Origin: a virus | Lineage: Duplodnaviria; Caudoviricetes | DNA: 64,000 nucleotides | Reading direction: 5' to 3' (one strand) | Virus record (IMG/VR): IMGVR_UViG_3300027804_002812 | Location: 96,001 to 160,000 of that record | Made by a program: the position numbers and the translations under genes | Shown: positions 20,824 to 29,857 of the stretch, piece by piece | Layout: each line of letters starts with the position of its first letter | Numbering within the stretch: position 1 is the first letter of the stretch | Notes under the pieces: model-generated | Told to the model about the DNA's origin: nothing | Databases searched by the model: none | What the model saw: the letters and a program-made list of their open reading frames with translations, nothing else

Positions 20824-21653
20824 TGAAAAGTTCGGTTATATTATCATCCAGAAACGACAATTATGGGGGTAATCTTCATAAAAGAACGACAATGGCGTTA
20901 ACATCTCTAATTGAAAATCATGATGAGGTCGTTTTTGTGGATTGGAAAACCGTTAATGGAGAAGGTGTTATATCCAATATTAAAAATAATTTACCTCACT
21001 CCAAAAAGTTAAAATGGGTACAAGTTCCTAAGGGGTTATTGAAATCCAAATATCCTGACATTGCGAATTACAATATGATAGAATCAATTGGGAGGAATGT
21101 TGGTATCAGAAGAACTGAACACGAAGTTATAGTTTCAACGAATATTGATATCATATCTACACCTTTAGATTTCAGTGTATTAGATATGAATTCATTCTAT
21201 ACAGTAGCAAGAAGAGATGTGGATGAATCATTTCATTTATCTTTTGACAACTATCAATCATTATATTCTCATCTTAGTTCTAATAAAGATTCTTTTAGGC
21301 CAAAAGAAAGGATTGGGAGTGAAGATGATAGATGGTCATTGATTAATTGTTGTGGGGACTATCAAATCGGTCATCGGGACATTTGGTTCAAAATGAAAGG
21401 GTTTGAAGAATCTGTTTTATTTGGTTGCGGAATTGATACTAATGTTATGAAGAAGGCATCATTCTATTCCGAAATAAAAGTTTTAGACCATTATATTTTT
21501 CACCTCAATCATGGTAAAAATGCTGATAGAGATGAAGATGAATCAGTGCCACCTATGTCAGACCAAAAATCAATAATAAAAAATTTTACCGAAACAACAA
21601 ATCCCGATGATTGGGGGATGTTTAATGAAGATTTACCTATAGAAATTATATGA
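20823..21653 (+). CDS. putative GT-A glycosyltransferase
   Basis: SRNDNYGG, GRNVGIRR, STNIDI, GDYQI, FHLNH. Confidence 0.6.
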   Translation: MKSSVILSSRNDNYGGNLHKRTTMALTSLIENHDEVVFVDWKTVNGEGVISNIKNNLPHSKKLKWVQVPKGLLKSKYPDIANYNMIESIGRNVGIRRTEHEVIVSTNIDIISTPLDFSVLDMNSFYTVARRDVDESFHLSFDNYQSLYSHLSSNKDSFRPKERIGSEDDRWSLINCCGDYQIGHRDIWFKMKGFEESVLFGCGIDTNVMKKASFYSEIKVLDHYIFHLNHGKNADRDEDESVPPMSDQKSIIKNFTETTNPDDWGMFNEDLPIEII

Positions 21654-22282
21654 GTACTTCCAAATCAATATTAATAGTTGGAGGTTCCGCAGGAGCTAAA
21701 ATTGCAACTAACATATTCAGGATGACACATCCTCATCATATCTTATATTATGTTGAGTGTTATGCTGATGAAATACAACTTAATAGATTATATTCCTCAG
21801 TTGAAAAATCATTAGAACATATCAATCTCCCAAATGTTGATTATTTCATTGCAACAGGAGATAACGAAATGAGAAAAACACATTATGAATTGATTAAAGG
21901 TTATACTAAAAAAGAACCGATTAATTGTATTCATCCTACATCAGTTGTTGAAACCAAATGGATAGGACATGGAAATTTAATTTGTGCTAACTCTGTAATT
22001 CACGTTGATTCGGTTATCGGTAACTGTACTATAATTAACACAAGTTCTGTAGTAGAACACGATTGTAATGTTGGGGATTTTACCCAAATTTCACCTAATA
22101 CAACTCTATGTGGTTACGTAAAGATTGGTGAAAATTGTTTTATAAGTGCCGGAAGTACAATCATCCCAAAGATAGAAATTGGGGATAACTCAATTGTAGC
22201 GGCAGGATCTGTTGTAATAAATCACGTACCACCTAATGTAATGGTTGCTGGAGTTCCATCAAAAATTAAGAAAACATTATAA
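21650..22282 (+). CDS. sugar N/O-acetyltransferase (PglD/NeuD-like, left-handed beta helix)
   Basis: FIATGDN..R, INCIHPTSVV, VEHDCNVG, hexapeptide repeats, AGVPSK. Confidence 0.9.
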   Translation: MSTSKSILIVGGSAGAKIATNIFRMTHPHHILYYVECYADEIQLNRLYSSVEKSLEHINLPNVDYFIATGDNEMRKTHYELIKGYTKKEPINCIHPTSVVETKWIGHGNLICANSVIHVDSVIGNCTIINTSSVVEHDCNVGDFTQISPNTTLCGYVKIGENCFISAGSTIIPKIEIGDNSIVAAGSVVINHVPPNVMVAGVPSKIKKTL

Positions 22283-22283
22283 T

Positions 22284-23447
22284 ATGAAAAAATTTAACAT
22301 TCCAATTTTTAGATTAAAATTTGACTTCAAATCAAAATTAAAATTCCTTAAAGGTTCATGGGACATTTTATCTTCAGATAGACCATTGGGAGAATCAAAA
22401 TATACGAAAGAATTTGAAGAACGATTTGCTAAAATGAGTGATTCGAAATTTGCATTAGCATGTTCCAATGGCACCACTGCGATTGAATTAGCACTCAAAG
22501 CAATAGATGTAAAAGGAAAAAAAGTATTAATACCCTCTAACACCTTTTTTGCAACAAGTGTTGCGGTGACAAATGCTGGGGGTATAATCGAATTATTGGA
22601 TATGGAACCAGATTCATTTTCAATTGATTTGAAAGATTTGGAAAATAAAATCACTACAGAAATAGGAGCAGTTATTATTGTACACATCGGTGGGATTATC
22701 AGTCATGACATTACTAAAATTGCAAAAATTTGTAAGAAAAATCGAGTATCTTTAATTGAAGATGCGGCACATGCCCACTTTTCGTCAAAAGGTTCACATC
22801 GAGCCGGAACTATAGGTGATATTGGAACATTTTCTTTTTTCCCCACAAAAGTTATGACAACTGGTGAGGGAGGTATGATTACCACCAACAACAAAAAATA
22901 CTATGAAAAAATGAAGTCCTTAAAAAACTTCGGTAGAGATATTAATGATGGTGGAATTATTGTTAACCCCGAAGGTAATAATTTCAAAATTAATGAGTTT
23001 ACTTCATTATTGGGTTGTATCGAACTTGATAGAGTTTATGAAAGAATAGAACAAAGGTCTCAACTTTTAAGCCGATACCAAAAAAATTTAGAAAATACGA
23101 AATACAAAGTCCTTAAACAGAATGGTGAAGGTACTTGTGCGAATTATAAAGCAATTGTAATTACCCCAATGGATGGAGATTGGCTGAAAAAATATTGCAA
23201 AGAAAAAAATATAACATTGACTGGAGAAGTATATAAAATACCTGTTCATCACCAATCTCTATATAAAGCACAATTTACCTCTGTAAATTTGCCAAATACT
23301 GATTATTATTGTAAACATCACATATGTCCACCATTATATCCTGAATTAACAATGGATGAAGTAGATTATGTCTGTGATGTATTAAAACAAGCTTTAATTG
23401 ATTATGAAGAACAGAGTCGCAAAATTAACTCAAATACGAAAAATTGA
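22284..23447 (+). CDS. DegT/DnrJ/EryC1/StrS PLP-dependent aminotransferase
   Basis: SNGTTAIELAL, EDAAHA, SFFPTKVMTTGEGG (PLP Lys). Start taken at ATG 22284, right after the upstream stop. Confidence 0.92.
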   Translation: MKKFNIPIFRLKFDFKSKLKFLKGSWDILSSDRPLGESKYTKEFEERFAKMSDSKFALACSNGTTAIELALKAIDVKGKKVLIPSNTFFATSVAVTNAGGIIELLDMEPDSFSIDLKDLENKITTEIGAVIIVHIGGIISHDITKIAKICKKNRVSLIEDAAHAHFSSKGSHRAGTIGDIGTFSFFPTKVMTTGEGGMITTNNKKYYEKMKSLKNFGRDINDGGIIVNPEGNNFKINEFTSLLGCIELDRVYERIEQRSQLLSRYQKNLENTKYKVLKQNGEGTCANYKAIVITPMDGDWLKKYCKEKNITLTGEVYKIPVHHQSLYKAQFTSVNLPNTDYYCKHHICPPLYPELTMDEVDYVCDVLKQALIDYEEQSRKINSNTKN

Positions 23448-24432
23448 AATTTTTGAGGAAGAAATTCCTAAATTAAAAGAGGGTCAATTACTCGTAGCAA
23501 TGAAATCCGTCGGAATTTGTGGTTCTGACATGCATTATTTTAAGGAAGGAGGACTCGGATCTTTCAAAAATCCATTACCTATGTATATGGGGCACGAACC
23601 ATCAGGTGTTGTTGTAGATGCCAACGGGTCAAATAAATTTAGTGATGGAGATAGGGTTGCCGTCGAGCCAGGTATGCCATGTATAACTTCTTATTGGTCA
23701 TTAAAAGGAAAACATAATTTATGTGAAAAAGGAACTTTTATGGGGGCAAATTCTCAAGGAGCTTTCGCAGATTATGTTGTCGTTGAAGAATTACAACTTG
23801 TAAAAATTCCTGATTCTATGTCTTTTAATTTAGCGAGTTTACTTGAACCACTTGGAGTTTGTCTTCACACCGCAAATTTAATTGAACCAAAATTCACAGA
23901 ATCAGCAGCCATATTTGGTGCGGGGCCAATCGGATTATGTATGTTTTCTATTTTGAAAAAAATGGGTCTTAAAGATATATACATGATTGACAAACTACCT
24001 TATAGAGTAGATTTTGCTAAAAAATTCGGTGCAAAAGAATCTTTTTTATTGGCGGAGGATTACAATAAAAAAATTAAAGAATTAACGCACGGTATGGGGG
24101 CAACTTTAACTATCGATACTGGTGGCACAACAGAATCTATTGATGGATGTATCAATGTTGCTGCGGTAAATGGTAGGGTCGCTTTAATCGGAATACCTGA
24201 AGCAGATTTTGTTTCCTATAATCCACACAGAATGAGAACAAAAGAATTAACCATAAAGAACGTACGTAGATCTAACCAAACATTGGACGATTGTGTTGTA
24301 AATTATACTGGAGATAAAGAAATAGAAAAAATAATATCACATGAGTTTGATTTTGAAAACATTCAAAAAGCTTTTGATACTGTAGCGGATTACAAAGACG
24401 AGATTCTTAAATGTATTATAACAAATAACTAA
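23404..24432 (+). CDS. Zn-dependent (sorbitol/threonine-type) alcohol dehydrogenase
   Basis: GICGSDMH, GHEPSG, GDRV, FGAGPIG. The structural-Zn site has only two Cys (PCITSYWSLKGKHNLC). Confidence 0.88.
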   Translation: MKNRVAKLTQIRKIEIFEEEIPKLKEGQLLVAMKSVGICGSDMHYFKEGGLGSFKNPLPMYMGHEPSGVVVDANGSNKFSDGDRVAVEPGMPCITSYWSLKGKHNLCEKGTFMGANSQGAFADYVVVEELQLVKIPDSMSFNLASLLEPLGVCLHTANLIEPKFTESAAIFGAGPIGLCMFSILKKMGLKDIYMIDKLPYRVDFAKKFGAKESFLLAEDYNKKIKELTHGMGATLTIDTGGTTESIDGCINVAAVNGRVALIGIPEADFVSYNPHRMRTKELTIKNVRRSNQTLDDCVVNYTGDKEIEKIISHEFDFENIQKAFDTVADYKDEILKCIITNN

Positions 24433-24435
24433 TTT

Positions 24436-25158
24436 ATGAGAAAAATATTAAGCATAGATGGTTTTAGATATAAAACTGTCGATAGATTAAATGAAATAAA
24501 AAATACTTTGAGATGGAACTCAAAGTATTTTGATGTAATTCATGTTTGGTGCCAAGAGCCTGCTGATTATGAGGCGTTCGTAGAATTTGATTCTGAAAAA
24601 ATTATTATCCATAATCTTAATCGTTCACATGGGATTTCAATGAAGGATCTTTATGATTTTACAAATGAAGTTTCTTCTGATGAAGATTATAAGTTTTTTG
24701 CAAATTCGGATACAACATTTGGTGATGAAATTTCAAATTATAACTGTGAAGAGAATTGGTTTGTATTGTTTACTAATCGATCGATGAGAGATCCAAAAAT
24801 TGGACAAAATCCCCAAGCATATCAATTATCTGAAAATGATGGATTAGTGTTATTCAACAGAGACGGAATTCTTGACCCGAGTTGGTTTCAAGATGATGAG
24901 AGTATAAAGAGTTATGCAATCAATGCTTATTGTGGTTGGTCATGGAAAACTAAGAAACCCATACAAGAAGGAGATTGTTATTTAGGAACTCAAGGAGGAG
25001 AAAATTGTTTCCTTACCAAAATTTTTGAGGCGAATTTCGATCCTAAAGCTGCAGTACTCAAATACCCAACATACCATAATCATAGGACCAGTGAAAAAAC
25101 CGATAGATTTAATACTCGGGTTGGAGGTTCATCATTATCTTATTCAAACTACTTATGA
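24436..25158 (+). CDS. hypothetical protein, possibly GT-A fold
   Basis: FFANSDTT and YHNH motifs within the glycosylation cluster. Confidence 0.45.
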   Translation: MRKILSIDGFRYKTVDRLNEIKNTLRWNSKYFDVIHVWCQEPADYEAFVEFDSEKIIIHNLNRSHGISMKDLYDFTNEVSSDEDYKFFANSDTTFGDEISNYNCEENWFVLFTNRSMRDPKIGQNPQAYQLSENDGLVLFNRDGILDPSWFQDDESIKSYAINAYCGWSWKTKKPIQEGDCYLGTQGGENCFLTKIFEANFDPKAAVLKYPTYHNHRTSEKTDRFNTRVGGSSLSYSNYL

Positions 25159-26090
25159 AAAAATTTATAATCACAACAACAATCAATAGTCCAACAGAAG
25201 CGACTATAAAATTCTGTAAAATTGCAGATAAAAAAGATTTTCAATTTGTTATCGTAGGAGATACTAAAACTCCACATGATGAATATCATAATTTGGAACA
25301 ACAATACGAGAATGTAATTTATCTCACACCAGAAATACAATCTGAATTGTATCCTGAGTTGTCCGAAATTATCGGATGGAAGACCATTCAAAGACGTAAT
25401 ATTGGTTTTGTCTACGCATATGAAAATGGTGCTGAAATTGTAGCCACCGTGGATGACGATAATATACCTTATGAATTCTGGGGTGACAACATATTACTGG
25501 ACCAAGAAATTGAAGTGGATGAATATGAAAACTTGTCATGTCCTTACTTTGATGCAATTTCAACCACAGAACATAATGACTTATGGCATAGAGGATTTCC
25601 AATTGAATATCTACAAGTAAAAAATGACATCGAATATAAAGGAAAAACTAAAATCACACCTTTAGTTCAAGCTGAGTTTTGGGATGGAGATCCTGATATA
25701 GATGCAATTTGTAGACTAAGTAAAAAACCTATCGTCAAATTCAAATCTTTTGACCCTTTCACAACAAAACAATTAACACCATTCAACTCACAGAATACAT
25801 TCCTACACAGAAGTATCCTTAAGTATTATTCAGTATTTCCATATACCGGAAGAATGGATGACATTTGGGGGGCATATGTAATGCAACACTATTTTCCAAA
25901 TTCAGTAATTTTTACAAAAGCTTCTGTTTATCAAGCAAGAAATCCACAAGATCTTGTAAAAAATTTGGAGAACGAAGTGATTGGATACAGAGGTACATTA
26001 AACCTTATTGACAACATCAAGAATTTTAGGGATTTACTTCCTGCTAAAACTGTCGAATATTTTGACATATATCAAAAATACTTTAACTAA
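25155..26090 (+). CDS. STELLO/RGP-like (DUF288/GT75-related) protein
   Basis: IITTTINSPT, VIVGDTKTP, RRNIGFVYAY...TVDDDN, DPDIDAI, RMDDIWGAY. Confidence 0.75.
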   Translation: MKKFIITTTINSPTEATIKFCKIADKKDFQFVIVGDTKTPHDEYHNLEQQYENVIYLTPEIQSELYPELSEIIGWKTIQRRNIGFVYAYENGAEIVATVDDDNIPYEFWGDNILLDQEIEVDEYENLSCPYFDAISTTEHNDLWHRGFPIEYLQVKNDIEYKGKTKITPLVQAEFWDGDPDIDAICRLSKKPIVKFKSFDPFTTKQLTPFNSQNTFLHRSILKYYSVFPYTGRMDDIWGAYVMQHYFPNSVIFTKASVYQARNPQDLVKNLENEVIGYRGTLNLIDNIKNFRDLLPAKTVEYFDIYQKYFN

Positions 26091-27184
26091 TGAAAAAAAT
26101 TGTAGTATTAGGTGGAGGAGGGTTCATAGGTGGACACCTTGCCAAAAGATTAAAAGAAGAAGGAAATCATGTACGAGTATGTGATATCAAGAAACATGAA
26201 TACTTCTTTCAAGACGAGTTTTGTCATGAATTTATTTTAGGAGATTTAACTGACCCCAAAGTTGTAGAATTAGTAATCGAAGAGGGTGTTGATGAAGTTT
26301 ATCAACTCGCGGCAGATATGGGTGGTGCTTTGTATATTTTCACAGGTGAACACGATGCGGATGTTATGTACAATTCCGCAACTATCAATCTTAATGTCGC
26401 TCGTGAAGCAGTTAAGAAAAAGGTAGGCAAACTATTTTACTCATCTTCGGCATGTATGTATCCTGAACACAATCAGTTGGATCCTGAAAATCCAAACTGT
26501 GAAGAATCTTCGGCGTATCCTGCTAATCCTGATTCAGAGTATGGTTGGGAAAAATTATTCTCTGAAAGATTATATTTGGCGTTTAGTAGAAACTATAAAT
26601 TGAATGTTAGAATTGCAAGATTCCACAACATATTCGGACCTCAGGGAACGTGGAATGGAGGTAGAGAGAAATCACCAGCGGCAATGTGTAGAAAGGCTGT
26701 CGAAACTGAAAATGGTGGGGAAATCGAAGTTTGGGGTAATGGATTACAAACTCGTTCATTTTTGTATGTTGACGAGTGTGTTGAAGCTGTTCTTAAATTA
26801 ATGGAATCTGATTTCGAAGGTCCTGTAAACATTGGTAGTGAAGAAATGGTAACAATTAACCAATTGGCTAAAATGGCAATAGAAATTGCAGAAAAAGATA
26901 TAACTATTAAAAATATTGAGGGAGAGGAATTTGTGCAGAAGTACGGTTTCAAATGTCCTTTAGGTGTTAAAGGGAGAAACTCTGATAATAAGCTATATCG
27001 AGAAAAAATTGGATGGGAGGTAAGTCAACCTCTATCAGTAGGATTACGGAAAACCTATCAATGGATTAAGTCTCAAGTTGATAAAAAACAAAATGAAACC
27101 GTATGGATTTATGAAAGTCCTGATGGGGGAGATACAGTTTATAAAAGAGAGTTAGGAAATACAGATAGACATAAAGTTAAATAA
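26090..27184 (+). CDS. GDP-mannose 3,5-epimerase-like SDR
   Basis: GGGGFIG, QLAADMGG, YSSSACMYP, YGWEK, RFHNIFGPQGTWNGGREKSPAAMCRK, closely matching GME. Confidence 0.85.
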   Translation: MKKIVVLGGGGFIGGHLAKRLKEEGNHVRVCDIKKHEYFFQDEFCHEFILGDLTDPKVVELVIEEGVDEVYQLAADMGGALYIFTGEHDADVMYNSATINLNVAREAVKKKVGKLFYSSSACMYPEHNQLDPENPNCEESSAYPANPDSEYGWEKLFSERLYLAFSRNYKLNVRIARFHNIFGPQGTWNGGREKSPAAMCRKAVETENGGEIEVWGNGLQTRSFLYVDECVEAVLKLMESDFEGPVNIGSEEMVTINQLAKMAIEIAEKDITIKNIEGEEFVQKYGFKCPLGVKGRNSDNKLYREKIGWEVSQPLSVGLRKTYQWIKSQVDKKQNETVWIYESPDGGDTVYKRELGNTDRHKVK

Positions 27185-27190
27185 CTAAAC

Positions 27191-27925
27191 ATGGGTAGAT
27201 TAACAAAACCAAAACCAACGGCAACTTTACCTAGTGAAGAGGCTCCGATTAAAAATAAAAAACAACAAATCTGTTCAATAATTAAACGAAAAACTAAAGA
27301 AAAGTTTTTATCCGAAAGTCAAAAAGAATATTACGAAAAGTTAGTTAATAACCAAATTAGTATTTGTTCAGGACCTGCTGGTGTAGGAAAAAGTTATATT
27401 GCAATGAAATGTGCAGTTGATTTATTATCCGACCCAAATACTCCTTACGAAAAAATTATCATTGTAAGACCTGCCGTTGAAGCTGAAGAAAAATTAGGTA
27501 GTTTACCAGGCGGTGTTGAAGAAAAACTTGACCCATATATTTTTCCTTCATACTATCTATTAAATAAAATAATCGGTAAAGATACTAGAGAAAAATTAAA
27601 AGAAATCGAGGCAATAGAAGTATTCGCTTTAGCATATATGAGAGGAATGAATATTGATAATTCGATTTTGATTTTTGAAGAAGCTCAAAACTCAACCCCA
27701 AGTCAAATGAAATTGTTACTAACTAGAATTGGGTTCAACTCTAAGTTTTTTATATCAGGCGATTTAGAACAATTTGATAGACACAAAGATAAAACACAAA
27801 CAGGTCTTTGGGATGCTTTGAAAAAATTTCAAAATATGGGGGACATCGGTGTTTTTGAATTCAAATCTACAGATATTGTTAGAAATCCATTAATATCTAA
27901 AATATTAGAAAAGTACGAAGAATGA
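27191..27925 (+). CDS. phoH: PhoH-like ATPase
   Basis: GPAGVGKS, RPAVEAEEKLGSLPG, AYMRG, FEEAQN, SGDLEQ.D, DIVRNPL. Confidence 0.95.
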   Translation: MGRLTKPKPTATLPSEEAPIKNKKQQICSIIKRKTKEKFLSESQKEYYEKLVNNQISICSGPAGVGKSYIAMKCAVDLLSDPNTPYEKIIIVRPAVEAEEKLGSLPGGVEEKLDPYIFPSYYLLNKIIGKDTREKLKEIEAIEVFALAYMRGMNIDNSILIFEEAQNSTPSQMKLLLTRIGFNSKFFISGDLEQFDRHKDKTQTGLWDALKKFQNMGDIGVFEFKSTDIVRNPLISKILEKYEE

Positions 27926-28521
27926 GAATAGGGATTGAACTGAATGGGGTATTAAGAGACACTCTAAAAAAAATACAACAAGAATACGAAAAATGGTACC
28001 TAAATAATCCATTCAAAGAAGAAAATGAAGAAGATAACTTTGAATACGAAGTTTTATCTGATTTAACTTCATTAGACATTTTGAAACACTTGAAATTCAA
28101 AAATGAGGAGGAATTGTACGATTTCCTTTATAAAGAACATACGATGGAAATTTTTGGGCATGCCGGATCTGTAGAACCTTCAGGTCTTTTAGACTTGAAT
28201 GAATTTTACTTGGATATGAGAGAGTCACACGATATTATCATTGTCTCAGATGAGATTGGTAAATCAAAACCCGCATCGTTATTTTTTATTTCGAAATTCG
28301 GATGCTTAGTTGAATCCGTTAAATTTTATAGCGAAAGTACAATTAATTCTCTGTGGGATTCCGTAGACATTTTACTTACCGCAAATCCTAAACTATTATT
28401 AAACCACCCACAAAACAAAATTGTAATTAAATTCAACACGAGTTATAATAATGATGTTGAATCTAATTTTCATATTTCAAGTCTTAAGGAGTTAAAAACA
28501 AAAATACAAGAAATAATATGA
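27922..28521 (+). CDS. HAD/5'(3')-deoxyribonucleotidase-like protein with degenerate motif I
   Basis: MRIGIELNGVLRD in place of IGIDxDGVL, plus FNTSYN near the C-terminus. Confidence 0.6.
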   Translation: MRIGIELNGVLRDTLKKIQQEYEKWYLNNPFKEENEEDNFEYEVLSDLTSLDILKHLKFKNEEELYDFLYKEHTMEIFGHAGSVEPSGLLDLNEFYLDMRESHDIIIVSDEIGKSKPASLFFISKFGCLVESVKFYSESTINSLWDSVDILLTANPKLLLNHPQNKIVIKFNTSYNNDVESNFHISSLKELKTKIQEII

Positions 28522-28802
28522 TACAGATATTTGGCGAAAATTATTTTATCGACTTAGATGAAATTGAAAACTATCTCGATATGAATCAAACTGACGACAG
28601 TGAAGATTCAGAGTCAGGAGTAACAGAAACAAAAATTAATATTATAAAATTCGAAATGGTCAAAATGTTATTAGACACTATTTTGAACGAACAAGAAATT
28701 GTTGACGAAAAACTTGGAATGAAATCTAATGCACAAGTAAGTATCCCATTTAGATTAGCATTCAATAGTTTATTAAATAAAAAACTTATCAATCATTATT
28801 AA
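28518..28802 (+). CDS. hypothetical phage protein
   Basis: 94-aa ORF coupled to its neighbours. Confidence 0.75.
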   Translation: MIQIFGENYFIDLDEIENYLDMNQTDDSEDSESGVTETKINIIKFEMVKMLLDTILNEQEIVDEKLGMKSNAQVSIPFRLAFNSLLNKKLINHY

Positions 28803-28803
28803 T

Positions 28804-29856
28804 ATGGAAAACCAATTTCAAGAAAAAGTAAAACAGTCCATTAAGATTTTAAGAGACAAAGAAGCCAGAATATATTTTTTAGTCCAAGATACTAAAGGTA
28901 ACGCTAAGGCTTCAGTAAGGCTCATATATCAAATGGCAAAAACATTAAAAGATAATGGATTTAATCCAATTATACTTCATGAAAAGGCTGATTATGCAGG
29001 TGTTGTTGCATGGTTAGATGAAGAGTACATGTCAATACCTCACAGAGCAATTGAAGGACAAAATTTAGAAATCTCACCAGAAGATTTTTTAGTTATTCCT
29101 GAAATTTTTGGATATGTAATGGACCAAGTAAAACAACTTCCTTGTGCCAAAATTGTTTTGACACAACAATATGCCCACATGTTAGAAACTTTACAACCAG
29201 GTCAAACATGGAACCAATTTGGGTTTTTGAAATGTATCACAACCTCAAGTAAACAGAAAGAATATATTGAAAGGGTCATGAGACAAATTTCTTTCGACAT
29301 CATTGACCCACTCATTAGTGAAGAGTTTACTCCTAAATCAAGTCCGGCAATGCCCATCATAGGAGTTCATGCAAAAGAACAGAGTGATGCGATTAATTTA
29401 ATTAAGACCTTCTATTTGAAATTTCCACAATATAGATGGTTCACGTTTAGAGACTTAAGAGGGTTGTCAGAAAAGGAATTTGCGAATTCTTTGAGAGATT
29501 GTTTTTTGAGTGTTTGGATTGACGACCATAGTGGTTTTGGTACGTTCCCACTTGAATCTATGAAATCAAATGTTCCTGTGATTGGAAAAGTTCCAAACTT
29601 GTCACCTGATTGGATGAGTGAAGAAAATGGTATTTGGGTTACAGACCAAACTTTATTACCTGATTTGGTTGCAGACTATGCTCAAAATTGGTTAGAAGAC
29701 AATATTGACCCACAAATTTTTGAAAAAATGAAGGAGACCGTTGAAAGATATACGGATAAACAAAAGTTTGAATCAACAGTAGTTTCTTTATTCGAAGGGT
29801 ATTTGACTACAAGAGCAGATTCATTCGAAAACCAAATTTCCAAAACAGAAGAATAA
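28804..29856 (+). CDS. putative glycosyltransferase (GT-B)
   Basis: GFGTFPLESMKSNVPVIG resembles the GT4 donor-binding motif. Also DFLVIPE. Confidence 0.7.
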   Translation: MENQFQEKVKQSIKILRDKEARIYFLVQDTKGNAKASVRLIYQMAKTLKDNGFNPIILHEKADYAGVVAWLDEEYMSIPHRAIEGQNLEISPEDFLVIPEIFGYVMDQVKQLPCAKIVLTQQYAHMLETLQPGQTWNQFGFLKCITTSSKQKEYIERVMRQISFDIIDPLISEEFTPKSSPAMPIIGVHAKEQSDAINLIKTFYLKFPQYRWFTFRDLRGLSEKEFANSLRDCFLSVWIDDHSGFGTFPLESMKSNVPVIGKVPNLSPDWMSEENGIWVTDQTLLPDLVADYAQNWLEDNIDPQIFEKMKETVERYTDKQKFESTVVSLFEGYLTTRADSFENQISKTEE

Positions 29857-29857
29857 T

